A stretch of DNA of 64,000 nucleotides, from assembly GCF_009914755.1 (NCBI RefSeq), contig NC_060945.1; one strand, written 5' to 3'. Position numbers and translations under genes: made by a program. Positions 1-13,752 of the stretch are shown piece by piece (positions within the stretch are counted from its first letter, which is position 1; every line of letters starts with the position of its first letter). The notes beneath the pieces were generated by a model. That model was not told the DNA's origin. It saw nothing but the letters and a program-made list of their open reading frames with translations, and did not search any database. The DNA is from the human T2T-CHM13v2.0 reference genome, Homo sapiens.

Positions 1-90
1 AAAAGGGAGATCTTTTCAAGAGCCTAGTTAAGCCAAGAGGAGTCTTAAAGCTGTCTTGGTCTGATGCAGGTGAAGTGGAAAGAATATGGG

Positions 91-185
91 CACATACACA
101 CAGAACACAGACCACAGACAGCCGATCTTGGTAAGACATACACATACACACAGAACACAGACCACAGACAGCCAGTCTTGATAAG
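91..185. repeat. 50-bp tandem duplication (about 1.9 copies)
   Basis: cacatacacacagaacacagaccacagacagcc occurs at 91 and 141, followed by gatcttggtaag and agtcttgataag respectively. Confidence 0.9.
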
Positions 186-618
186 GAGGCAACAATCGTG
201 ATATTTGGGCTCCTTCTGTCGAGTCTATTAGCTCACGAAGGCCATTCTTACTCTTACAGAGAAGAAAGCAAAGTAATATGAGTGGAAAGAAAGATCAGAA
301 ATGTTCTGTGCAAAACTGTTTCCATTTGGAGAATATGCAAAGTCCCTATCACCTTAAAAAGACAAGAAAACATGGGTATTATTACTTACTTGTAATTCTA
401 GACCACAATCAAAGAAGGTGGTACTAGAACTTGTTCAGGGAAAGCATCTGTATCCTAAGAGAATCTCTATAAATTGGCGAGTGAGTCATCTAATGTCACT
501 CCAGATTGATTTTATGACTATTATACAACCCTAACACGCTGCAAAATGCAATTTATGTTCTCTTGTTGCCCAATAATTTAACATCACTTTCTTAAAAAAT
601 TATCAATAGAATATCTGA

Positions 619-926
<308 letters not shown>

Positions 927-929
927 GAA

Positions 930-3360
930 ATTTCTAATATAACTTATTTATGGTCAGATAATATACTTGATTTCAGTTCTTTTAAGTACATTGAGTCTCA
1001 TTTTATTACAAATAATATAGTTTATCTTGGTAAATCTTCCATGTGCCCTTGAAAAGAATGTATATTCTGCTGCTATTATGTGTAATATTTCAGAAAAATC
1101 AATTAGGTCAATATAGGTGATAGTGTGTAACAAGTTATATAATCTGTATTGATTTTCTTTTTATTTGATTTATTAGTCATTGAGAGGGGAATACTGAAAT
1201 ATCCAACTATAATTGTGGATTTCTCTCTTTTTCCATTGAAATCTACCAGTTTTTGCTTCATATATTTCAAAACTCTATTAAAAGGTGCATTTACATTTAG
1301 AATTGTGATATCTTCTTCAAGAATTGACACCTTTATTATTATAATATTAACCTTTTTGTCTGTGATAATATTCATTCTTCCGAAATCTATTTTCTTTGAT
1401 ATTAGTATATCCACTCTGATTTTTTTGATGTTTGCGTACTATATCTTTTTCAAGGTTTTAACTTTAACTAACATTGTCTTCATATTTTAAAGTAGGTTTC
1501 TCTTAAACAGTATTTAGTTGGGTTGTACTTAAAAAAAAACTCCAATTTGACAGTTTATACCTGTTAATGAAAGTTTTTAGATCATTTTTATATAGAATAT
1601 AAAATCAGATAAGGTTGATTTAAATTGGACATCTTACTATATGTTTTCTTTTTGTTCTATTTGTTCTTTCATTATATTTTTCTTTTTCTGCTTTTGGATT
1701 AATAGAATAATTTTTATGATTTTATTTTATCTCCCTTATTGGGCTTTGTTTAATAGCCATATTATATTCCTTTTATACTGTTCACCATAGTGTTTATAAT
1801 ATACATTTATAACTTCTCAGTGTATTTCAAAATAATATTATACCACTCCAAGCATAAAAATCTTATAATAGTATAACTCCATCCCCACCCATGTTCCCAA
1901 GCTTTATGCTATTTTTTTCAGTTACATTACTTCTGCATATGTTATTATTTTTGCCTTCAATGTCAATAATATCTTACAGAATTATAAATGTCTGTCATTT
2001 ATATGGACTTCAATATTTACCTTTCCATTTTCCTTTAATCATTTGTGTATTAATTGCATTGTTTTTGATGACTAGTCTGCTGTTTTTTCAGTTTTATTTT
2101 ACTTATTTTACTCTTGCTGCACTTAAGATTGTCTAGCACCCTTTCACAGTGATTTGGTTATCGTGTATTTGTGAGGTTCTTCATGTTTTTTGTACTTGAA
2201 GTTTAGTGAGCTTCTTGGATCTGAAGGCATATAGTTGTCATCAAATTATTGACAGCTATGTTTTTATTTTTTTCCCGCATTCCATCTCTTTCTTTCAGTA
2301 CACTAGTTATAGTTACATTATTCTGCCTGATGTTGTCTTATAGACCACTTATTCTCTTTTCATTCATCTTTTCCTTCTGTCCTTTTTTCCCCTCTAAGTT
2401 GCATTTTGGATGATTTCCACATCTTCAAACTCACTCATCTTTTCTTCTAAATTTTCTAATCTGCTGTTAATCTCATCCAATGCATTTTTCATCTTAGATA
2501 TTGTATTTCTTCTAGAAATTTACTTGAGTCTTTATTATACTTTCATTTTCTTTTTTACCAAACCCATGTTTTACTCCACTTTTTTGAACATATGAGATCT
2601 AACAAAAGAGCTGGCTTAACATCCTTGGCTATAATTATATTATCTTTCATATTTATATATTTGTATTGATTTCTTCACCTCATTGTGAATCATATTTTTC
2701 TTCTTTGTACACCTGGTCATTTTAATTGTGTACTGAACTCTTTTGTACACATTTGAATATGTTGGTCTTTTTTCCCTAGAACACAGTTACATTTCTTGGA
2801 ACTCTTTTATCAATTGGAGTCTTGCTTTTGACCTTAGGCTTTATTAGGTAGGGGAGAGTGACCTTTAATTTTAGCTAATTTGTCCCCATTACTGGAAGAA
2901 AATATTTCTGAGGGCGCAACTGGCTAACCTGTATTAGGAGATCTTTCTAGTTGTGTGTGGATTTCAAATATTTTTATACCTTCACATTTATGGTGCTTCT
3001 TTACAGTGCCTTTTATGTAGCCAAAGACTCAAGGGAAACTTCTGCAAGAGCTAAGACTTCTTCCTGTATATGTAACCCTCTCCTCTCAGATACTCTGCCT
3101 ACCTGTATACGAATCTCTTTCTCCTCAACTCAGAAGATTCCCATATTTTCTTCTAGTTCTCCTTCCTGGGTTGTGGCTGAGAAATTCTCCATGCAGTGTA
3201 CTGGGCACTTGCTATGCTCACTTAGTTCATTTCCTCTCCTTTAGGAGATGGCTGTCCTCAACTGTCTGTTGCCCAAGGGCTGAAATTAGTTTTCTCATAC
3301 ATTTTGTACATCGTGTTAATTGTTTAATGTAGGAGAATAAATCTTGTTCCTGTTACTTTT
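930..3360 (-). mobile_element. Old L1 (L1M-type) 5' portion: 5'UTR/ORF1 remnants and ORF2 endonuclease
   Basis: ORF 1103..1414(-) ILISKKIDF..IIKVSILEEDITILNVNAP..STIIVGYFSIPLS matches the L1 ORF2 endonuclease motifs (ILISDKIDF..TILNIYAP..IMGDFNTPLS); flanking T-rich L1-like sequence; ends approximate. Confidence 0.85.
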
Positions 3361-3669
3361 TCATGACTCTAGATCTTATCTTTAGAGTTTTCCATAGCAT
3401 GTCTGAAAGTATGTAGAAGAAAGAGTATCCAAACCACAGTTTGATCAAAGTGAATCTAACAAGAGCAAAAAAGGTTTGTTCTTATTATACATTTTCCTTA
3501 TAACCTGATTTAGCACCATGACCATATTTGAAATATACAAGAAAAATTAATTACACTTTGTTTCCTAGAATACTTTGAGAAACATTAGGCATTCATTTGG
3601 GGGTGATATTGTAGCATAAACTTTAGAAACATTACCTAATAAACCTCATTGTTGAAAAGTCATCATAAG

Positions 3670-4140
<471 letters not shown>

Positions 4141-5745
4141 AACTGTAAATAGCACTGAGTTATATACCGTGTTAGCAATGTTTAGCAGTCTGACAAGTCC
4201 TGAAGTTAAACTCACAAAAACATACACAACTTCTTTTGATTATTTAAAAAGTAAAACACATTTATGTATGAAGAGGGAACATACATTGTCAATTTTCTTT
4301 AGAACAATTTAATTTTAGAAGCTTCTATATAAACAAAGAAAGACTACATATTCTTCAGATTTTTCTCCATAAATATTACTTTTCACAGCTACTTTTTTGG
4401 TATGTATTGATTAATGTATTTATTCTCAGTGAGATACCTGTTACAGATTCTCTGAAAGCCTATACAGGTTTTCAGAATTTCAGATCTCATTCTTACAGCT
4501 ATTTGCAACTGCATGTTTAGTGGTAACTTGGTAGATGGATTTGTCTTAGGGTAGACACATTTGATAAAGCTTCATTTCTCTCTGTCCATAAAAATTTCCC
4601 CCCGAAGAAGAGACAGAATTTAAATACCCCTACTCCTGATTCAAAGTTAATACCAGTGCATCTGGTGCGTATTCCATGATCTAAAATAAATGGAATAGAG
4701 CCATGCCAGACACATTGCTAGATTGTATCTCCTTAGTATGGTGAATTTTGCTAGGCTTTGAATATTAGAAGAATTCAGAGGTCACAGTTTGACTATGTCA
4801 AGGTATCTCTAATTGAATAGTCAAGACACCAGAAAGCATATGGACCAATAGGCTTTTGAATTTGATTTAGGACAATTCCACAGGAGCTTTTGAATCTGCT
4901 GAAGATCATCTGGAGGGATGATTGAGAAATTCCTGATTAAAAAGTTCAGTGAAGACATTCTGCTCCTGGGAGATAGAAATAAAGTGAAGAACTCATGAAC
5001 TATAATAACTTCATTCCATCGTGACTGGGAATAATTCCCACTAACTCCCCTGCATGAGACCTAAAATCACACATAATATTGCGTTATTGTTTTATGCTGG
5101 CCACTACAGATGTCAGTCTAGCCAGTGAACATTTTAAGATATAAAAAAAAAATCTAACTCAATTTATATTACTTTTTTGCCTGTTTGGTAAGCAAAAAGT
5201 GGAAACTCACATCCTGGCCAGATTTGTCATCTCTTCACACAGCCTTCTGCTCAGAGAAACATGTCTAGGATTAACCAATATTAGAAGAGAGGTTAGTATC
5301 TGCTGTCATTTGGATCCATAGATAAGGTTCTCAACAATTATGGATTGAAAACAAGAGATAAGACAGCCTCCAAAGATTCTTGAACTGATATTTTAAAATA
5401 AAATTTAAAAAATTCTTAATGTAACTGCAAGTTAGAGAAGAAAAGGACCAGCTAGAGAAGCTAAGTCATAGTAATTATGGAGTGTGAGATTTTAGATCAT
5501 CCAAACTAGTGTCTATGTCAAGTTCTGCTTTCCTGTGCTCTGCCCTGAGCATGGTTCTTGCTTTCCATAAGGAAAGATTTCACCTTTTTCTTAGATGACT
5601 ACATAAACTTCCATTTTTTTAGAGTAATTGAACCAGCCTGCTTCAGGGAACAAAAATGTCTTAATTATTAAAATATATCTGTTTGATACCATCCATATGG
5701 CTTTATAGCTTCCAAACATATTTTATTTTTACTTTAGACCATTGA

Positions 5746-6080
<335 letters not shown>

Positions 6081-6119
6081 TGTTTCATCAATTTTTATTC
6101 CAACATTAGGATTATTTGG

Positions 6120-6470
6120 GCATGGTGGTGATGGTTACATAAATATCTGACTTTGTCATAATTCATAGATCTGTACAAAACTGAATTAAGTTTTACTCAG
6201 TGTAAATTATACCTAAATAAAAATATGTATGACTGGAAACAGTACACAGGTAACCATCATCAGCATCATAATAATCATCATCATCCTCATCCTAATTCTC
6301 CTCCAGTGATAGGGTGAACTGTGGATGGAGGTATCAGTGATGCAAAAATGGCAGAATACTGATACTTTTTGAGGCTGGATGAAGTTGGGTGATGAATGGA
6401 TAAAGAACATGGAGGTTCATTATAGTCTTGGCTTTTATGTTTAAAATTTTCCATAATAAAAAGTAAAAAA
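6120..6470 (+). mobile_element. Two old L1 3'-end fragments (L1M/L1ME type)
   Basis: ggtgatggttacat..tgtaaattatacctaaataaa and gttgggtgatg..ggttcattat..aaattttccataataaaaag resemble L1M 3' termini. Confidence 0.6.
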
Positions 6471-6764
6471 TAAGAACACACACACACACACATACACACT
6501 AGACAAAAATATGTTGTCATTGAATGAGGACATATCTAACCTAGAATGTTGTCATTCATAAGGGTTTGCTTACCAGTCCCTAAATTGTTTGTTCACGCTG
6601 TAGTTAGAATGATCAAAAATTCACCAACCTCACTTTATATCCCTACGTGGATACGACAATCCTCTTTTTTGGGCAATGGCACAAAAATCGCTAAGAAAAG
6701 AAGCAAACTACTTTTACAGGTGTTAAAGGGGGAGAAAACAGAACAGTAACAGAAGAGTGATAGT

Positions 6765-6975
6765 TCATGAATATTTAGAATCTAAAATTCTGTGTTTGGG
6801 GCCTGATTCTATCGATTACCAGCTGTGTGAGATTATCAAAGTAATTTAACCTCTCTGAAGCCCAGTTTCATCAGTAAAATGTCAATGATAGCACTTGCTT
6901 TATAAGATTGTTTTAAGGAACAATTGGAATAATGTATGCAAGAGCTATTTGTAAAACTTAAATTATGGTTATTAT
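6765..6975 (+). mobile_element. MIR
   Basis: accagctgtgtga..gtaatttaacctctctgaagcccagtttcatc..gtaaaatg core. Confidence 0.75.
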
Positions 6976-7409
6976 TCATTCCTATTTTGTGTCTTAGAAA
7001 CTTTTTTGAATAGAAATGCATAACCGTAAACTCACTCACTTATTCTGCAATTTGTAAAGAATTCAAAATGTTGGAAAGTGGTATCGCTTTTATCTAGTAT
7101 TTTTTCTTTTTGATTTTGTAGTTTACAGACAGCAGCAGTCCATTACTAACATATCTAAATGTGTTAATAAAATCATTCTGCATGCTCAGAACAAATAACA
7201 ATCTGAATTGAAAAATAAATTGTTGAATAAAATATGGCAGAGAACGAAGTATTTTATAAAAGTACATAGCTAGCATTGCCCGTATCATCAATCTATTTGT
7301 TTTGCTGAGAATGCATGAGAATAGTTTCCTTTATACAACATGCACATACATCATTGATTTTGTAAACTGTATTTCTTAGTAAGGAATAGATTATAGACAG
7401 CTTTGGGGG

Positions 7410-7680
7410 AGGCAGCTATGATGTTGGAAGACAGATTAATTTAGCATAGCAACACCTGGGTTGAGGTCTTCACTTTTCTAGTTACTCTAAGTATTTGACC
7501 TTGAATACTCGTCTACTTCTCACAGCATTAAGTCCTTGATATTCAGAAGAATAACTCCAACCCTTGCTTCTGCAATGGTTCTGGTAAATATTCATTAAAA
7601 CTAATATATGTATCTGGTCTGTAATATACTTAACTAAATTTAATAATAACTAAATGCATTAATAAAATATTCATTTTGCT
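7410..7680 (+). mobile_element. MIR (degenerate)
   Basis: acacctgggttgag..tgaccttgaatac..; MIR-like layout. Confidence 0.45.
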
Positions 7681-8452
7681 TTTGTTCTATGATTGTGAAA
7701 TTTAAAATTTTCTCCTAGTTTTAAAATAATAGAGGTTTTTCCTTGAAAAAAATTCTGTTAAATATGACATTTGTCTATATTAACAGAGCATATTTTGACA
7801 AACCCTAAAATGTATTGTTTGTAAAGTTAATATGCATGTATAAAGACTTTATATGTACGTACTATATGTATTAATATACAGAATTGTATATGAATGGCAG
7901 TGGACTTCTTCTTGTTTTTCTGTCTCTTGTCCATACATTATTATATACCTTCAAATGTAAACATAGTCACTTAAACTACATGATATTAAAAAAAAAGTAA
8001 ATATATTCACATTTTCTTTGATTGTATAATCATCTATTTCTTTCAATCCTGTATGACTCATCCAATTACAATTTATAATCTGAGTATTAAGGTTAAATAT
8101 AATTTCATTTCAAATTAACACATTAGAAATGCACAACCAGGTATACTGCGTAATGTACTTTTAATCAATAAGCCATGCTGGCAATATCAATAGAAGTATA
8201 TACTTTTTTGGTAAATAGTCCTAAAGACACAAGATGGCAGTACTAGACTTATGAGTTACTGGAAATATGGTAACGCATTCAAAAACTTTTAATGCGCTTC
8301 CCTTGCTTTCCTTCTCAGTATTTGTAATGGAGCTTTTATTTCTGTGCATAAACATTCACAAGTTTTGTGGATGTTTTTAAATGCTATTGAGAGTGTGCTA
8401 TTTATTTATTTATGGGTAGCCACTGCATTTAGTAAAATTCGCCTTTAAAACA

Positions 8453-8520
8453 TCTTAGTTTCCTCATCTATATAATGATGATATTGGTCCAGATAGCCTT
8501 TATGGTTCTTTCACTACTGG
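8453..8520 (+). mobile_element. MIR3-like fragment
   Basis: cttagtttcctcatctatataatg..ttggtccagat..ggttctttc. Confidence 0.5.
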
Positions 8521-9071
8521 ATGGCCATATAATTTATTAAATCAGAAAAATGAGAACCTGTACATTTCAAATGAGCATTGAATACCTTAACGAATAAACT
8601 TACTCAAAATTTGAGATAAAAATGGCAGTGGACTTCTTCCTTGTTCAGTGGTAGAAGAAAGATCAAGGGTGATTATTACTTAGCCTTCACTAAATTTGGA
8701 ATATTTAGTTTACCCTAAATTTTATGTAAGATGCTAATATATGTACTACCATTGAAGATTTTACCATTGTCGCTGGGCAGTCTGTGTCAAGAAAAGCATG
8801 ATGCACCATCCTGTTTTATTGAAAACTTTCAAGCAAAAGATCTGCCATCTTCCCACTTTCCATCCTCAAATAATTATTTACCTCTAATTTTGTTGGTTTT
8901 AAAGGAATTGAAGATTACTTTCTTTTCCAGAGCTAGTATCTTACCCATTTCAGTTTATTTATTTTTGTTTTTCTTCTCAAGAAATGTAGGCTCAGGATTT
9001 CCCCCATTTCTACATTTTTGTTTATCTTGATCTGATTTATCCTCTACCTATTATGTAACTTATCAAACTGC

Positions 9072-9612
9072 TGTAGGAAAATATTTCCACAATGGTACCA
9101 TGGTCACATTGCACGTGGCCACAGAGGCCAGGTAGACAAAGCTCACATGCAATCTGACCCAAATCTTTGTGGAATACCCCATAATCCTTTCAGGAACATG
9201 GCAAAATAGTCTTGTAAAGAGTTGTCACAAGGCTATTACTCATTCACTTCATTGTCTAGTTGGAGACTGCTATGAAGTGTTTTCTCCTCAGTCTCCCTGA
9301 TTCTGGAGAGCAAACACACCTTCTGCTTCACCCTCCTTAGGGTACAGCTGTAGGCTATAAAACCTTTTAGTTGCAGATAGAATTGGCTGCTCCAAGACAG
9401 GGTAATCCACCACCAATGCCATCTATCATCTGCACCTTCCCCTTTGATGTCACCTTGTGGACAAAGGAAACAGACACTCTAGTGATCTTGCTTACTTTAT
9501 GTATAATAATGTAATATAATAATAATAAAACTCATAAACTCTCTCAATCCATTTGGGCTCATTGTATTTTTACTGGCCAGGTCTATGGAACTGTGATAAG
9601 CCAGCCTAGCAA
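9072..9612 (+). mobile_element. Solo LTR, probably ERVL class (subfamily not assigned)
   Basis: TG...CA termini, 5-bp flanks actgc/actgt, TATA-like ctataaaa near 9355, AATAAA near 9524. Confidence 0.55.
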
Positions 9613-9800
9613 CTGTGGTATTGTTTGCTCTTTAGGGACAGCTTGACAACTTCCAAATGTCATGTCAAGAAATCCAAACACTTTAAGGACTCCATGAGAT
9701 TTTGTATAACAAAAAGTAAAAATTTAATAACATATTGCAAAGCAGGTTTACAGGAACTTGTAATAATCTCAGGGGAAGGCTCTAAATGCCTTGTCAATAC

Positions 9801-10175
9801 TGTGCACTGGTATGAATCCACTTGCATGAGGGCTGATGAGACAACACTCACACAACAAGTTAAGTGAAAATAATTGTATTACTCATGGATAGGCAGAAAA
9901 GGAAAATAGAGATTAGGATTTATGGCGATCCTGTCCTCTAAGGCTGAGAAAGCTGCCCAGGATGGATAAACTTTTGGCTCCCTATGTTCCATCTTGTACC
10001 TCAGCTGATAGATACCAAAAGTACTCTGGGCCCTGGGTTATCTATGTGGGAGCACTTGAATGGCTGGGCCAAGGCATTGCAAGACATCCTGTTTTAGGAG
10101 CAAAGGGAACAGAGCCTACACTGTTTGGTCAATTTGTTCTCATTTCAGAATGTTACATTCCCAGCACATTCTACA
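9801..10175 (-). mobile_element. MER54-like ERVL LTR (partial)
   Basis: tgtgcactgg..gagacaacactcacac..gataggcag..aaggctgagaaagctgcccagg resembles the recalled MER54 antisense. Confidence 0.6.
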
Positions 10176-10410
10176 TACATATTACTTATGTATACTTATA
10201 TAACATATATATACTTATATGTTATATAACTTATAAGTTATATATACTTATATGTTATATAACTTATAACTTATATGTTATATAAGTATATATAAGTTAT
10301 GTAAGTATATATACTTATATGTTATATAAGTGTATATATGTTATATAAGTATATATAAGTGATATATATGTAGTATATACTTATATAAGTATATATGAGT
10401 TATATATATT
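10176..10410. repeat. TA-rich low-complexity repeat with internal palindromes
   Basis: Repeating acttatatgttatataa-type units; perfect 22-bp palindrome 10223-10244. Confidence 0.9.
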
Positions 10411-10625
10411 ACTATCACTTAATAAACAAACTAAATATTATGCAAGGTGGTCTTCATGCTTGATGATAAAAAGGGAATTTCTGTTTCTGACCAAGATATA
10501 GGAAAAGGAGCCAAATTTATCAATTTGCATGAAATAACACCAAAATAACCCCTTCATAATATATCAGACACATGACTTCAAAAGACTAGATATCAAGCAA
10601 CAAAGAACAACGATACCTGAGAAAC

Positions 10626-10959
10626 GAGGACTAAATGCTTGTGTCCCCACAAATTTATATTTTGAAGCCTAATTCACAATGTGATGATATTTAGAAATGG
10701 AGCCTTTGAAAGATTAGGTCATAAGGATGGAGTCCTCATGAATGGGATTAGTGCCCTTGCTAAAGAGGCACCAAGAGCTCCTTTTCCTCTTCTGCCAAGT
10801 GAGGGCAAAGTGAGAAGATGATGTCTATAAATCAAAAAGTGGGCCCTCACCAGACACCAAATCTTCCCATTCTCCAGAACACTGAGAAACAAATATTTAT
10901 TGTTTATAAGTAACCCAAGTTATGGTATTTTGTTATTGCAACCCAAATGGACTGAGACA
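10626..10959 (+). mobile_element. MLT1A-type MaLR LTR
   Basis: gtgtcccc..aatgtgatg..atgaatgggattagtgccctt..ccctcaccagacacc..tatggtattttgttat..ggactgagaca. Confidence 0.85.
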
Positions 10960-11054
10960 AATTGGGAGAAAATAAAAATAGATAAGCTATTTGATTGTCC
11001 CAAATGATTGTCCCAGATTACACACTTGAGAGAATTTCCAGGGTATGACATGAT

Positions 11055-11425
11055 GACTTAGTATGTTTTGTGCTGCTATAACAGAATACCACAGACTGAT
11101 TAATTTATACACAATAAAAAAATTTTGGTTCACATTCTGGAGGCTGGGAGGTCCAAGAGCATGGTGCCAGCATCTGGTGGGGGCCTTCATGACGCATCAT
11201 TCAATGGCAGAAAACAGAAGGCCAAGGCCAGACATCAACAGAGGGCCAAACTCTATTTTTTTCAGGAACCCACTTTCACAATAAATAACCCACTCCCATT
11301 AACCTATTAAGGAGGGCAGAGCCTTCATTACCAAATCCCCTTTTAATGGACCTACCTGTCAACACTGTTGCATTGAGGATTAAGTTTCCAACACATGAAC
11401 TTTGGGGGACATCCAAACCATAACA
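11055..11425 (-). mobile_element. MST/MLT1A1-type MaLR LTR
   Basis: tgctgctataacagaataccacagactg..ctggaggctgggag..catgaactttgggggacatccaaaccataaca. Confidence 0.85.
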
Positions 11426-12082
11426 GATAAGGAGCGGGAAATGCAGGTAAAACCCCACAGATTCTGTGAGTTGAGAAGATAGAGATCATATTTTGAGAGG
11501 AATAAAACAGTTGAAGGTCAGAAGACAGAGTAATACAGAGAAGAGACTGGCACAGAAAGAGCTCGCTAGAGCTATGCAAAGGTTGCTCTTCAAGAGTGCA
11601 ACAGAGTACTTACTAATCAGTGCATATGTGTGAAGAAACTATCAGAAGCTAAGAAAATAGCCATTAGAAAAAATTAAACAGTAGATCATACTTACCCACG
11701 GTGAGAAACAATGTCTGTTCCCAATAACCAGAGTGACAAACCTCATATATTATGAGTAATCAGGCAGAGTAGTCAGAAATATTTTGCCTTAATACTGGCA
11801 AGATAGCCCTAAACTACACACTACTCTGATCCTATGTAGCAAATTTTAAAAGCTATATCCAAATGGGCAAAACTGGCTACAAAAAAATTAGCTGTATCCA
11901 AAGTTCAAATAGTAATATAAAAATACCTGGAATGGGAACATTTTACAAAATCTTGCATCCAGTAAAAAATTAGCAGTCATGAAAAGAGGCTGAAAAATGC
12001 AACTTATATTAATAAGGAAAATCAAGCAACTGAAGCTAATAAAAAACTGACAAGTTAAAAGTAGAAGAAAATTATTAAAATC

Positions 12083-12236
12083 AGAGCCGGGTCTGATTTG
12101 CTACTGAGAGTTCTCTCTTCCTCTTCTTCTTTTCTTTCTTTTACATACCTACTGATTTTTCCTTTTTTCCCTCCATCTAGCAATGCTACTTTCATTTCTT
12201 ATTTTACTCTCTTCCTTGTGATTTACTTTGGTGAAT
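12083..12236 (+). repeat. Dispersed duplicate of 13753-13903 inserted in L1
   Basis: 154 bp vs 151 bp; about 11 substitutions and one 3-bp indel by manual alignment. Confidence 0.95.
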
Positions 12237-12599
12237 ATTCCGTATGTTAAAAAAGTTGAGAAGAGACATAAAAGTACAATTAAGGAAGATAAAATCAAAA
12301 CTAAATTTTATAGTGATAAAACTGCAATGTCTAAGATGAAAGGTGTTCTGGATGGATATAATGCAAGCTCTACGCTGAGAAATAAAGATTAAGAAACTTG
12401 AAAACACAACATTAAAATAATTCCAACTGAAATATACAAAAAATAATTATAAAATAAATATCAGCAAGCTGTGTGAAAATTTCAAGGGGCTAATATGCTT
12501 GTAATTAGATTCACTGAAGGAGAGAAGTAAGAAAAACATGAAAAACTAATGGCAGAAAAATTTCTAATTTGTTGAAAACTACATATCCATAGAAGTTTA

Positions 12600-13450
12600 A
12601 AAAAAATCCATCCAATTAAAAAATGGACAAAATATTGTAAAAGTAAATTCATTAATGACAAGATATGAAATGCAAATGCACACATTGAAATAACCTTAAG
12701 TATCATTAGCCTTTAGGGAAATACAAATCAAAACTACCATGAGATAACGTCGTACAAATAGATGACATCCATTTGATTGATTAAACAGGAAATATCTAGA
12801 TACATCAAGTGATGTAAAGATTGGGGAAGAACTGGGGTATTTATACACTGCTGGTGAACAATTAAAATAATATATCCACTTTGGAAAGCAATTTAGTAGT
12901 TCTTTAAAAAAAGGCAAATATACGAATGCAACATGATACAGACATTTCACTCCTAGGTGAGAAATGAAAGCACATGTTTATTCAAGACATGTACATTTTA
13001 TTTCTAATGTCTCAAAACATAAGGAACACAAGTGTCTATTTTCAGAATGATTAAACACATTTTTGTGTATTGATACAATTGATACAATGCACTCAATAAT
13101 AATAAGAAAGTAAACTATTGACATACGCAAATAAACAGATGGGTCTAAATATAATTATGTTGAGTAAAAAAACAGATTAAAAAAGAATACACATTGTATG
13201 ATTACACTTCTGTAACACTAGATAATGCAATGTAATATCTTCCTCGGAAAACAGATCAGTGGCTGCCTAATGAGGTCCAGGAGATGAGAATAAGAAAAAA
13301 GGAATGCAAGGGACATGAGGAAACTCATGTGAGTCATGCATATGTTCAACATCTTAGTTTTTGGTGGCTTCGTATGTCAAAATGTACACGTTATATATTT
13401 TAAATGCGCACAGTGTTATTCTAATTAAATCTCAACACAGCTATAACAAA
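12600..13450 (+). mobile_element. L1ME-type ORF2 3' end and 3'UTR
   Basis: caattaaaaaatggacaaa..tagggaaatacaaatcaaaactaccatgagata..tgctggtg..ccactttggaaa..aattatgttgagtaaaaaaa. Confidence 0.85.
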
Positions 13451-13634
13451 GAATTGAAGATCTTTTGTCGTTTTACTGGAGAAATGCGTTTAAAATTTCT
13501 TGGGAGGGAAATACATAAAATATGTAATAGATAATTTCCCTCGGGAAGGAAATAGATAAAATAATAATACAAAAACTCATTGCCAGTTTTTCCTTCTATT
13601 GACAATCACTGGCACTTGACTTCATGTAAGCCAC

Positions 13635-13742
13635 ATGCATTCGTTTAATTAAAATGTATTAAAAATGTACCATGTGCTATGTAGGTGTAGCAAAATAAAT
13701 AAAACATTGTAATGATTGTTCTGAGAGAACTCATAATCTGAT
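13635..13742 (-). mobile_element. L2 3' end fragment
   Basis: cattcgttt..atgtatt..ccatgtgcta..gaactcataatct. Confidence 0.45.
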
Positions 13743-13752
13743 TTATTTCTCT

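Larger units (their letters stand above)
10470..12600 (+). mobile_element. Old L1 5'UTR/ORF1 region (L1MD/ME type), interrupted by two MaLR LTRs and a templated insert
   Basis: ttctgtttctgaccaagat 5' start motif; ORF1-like gatgaaa..ctggatgg..aagattaagaaacttgaaaac..ggcagaaaaatttctaatttg. Confidence 0.7.
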
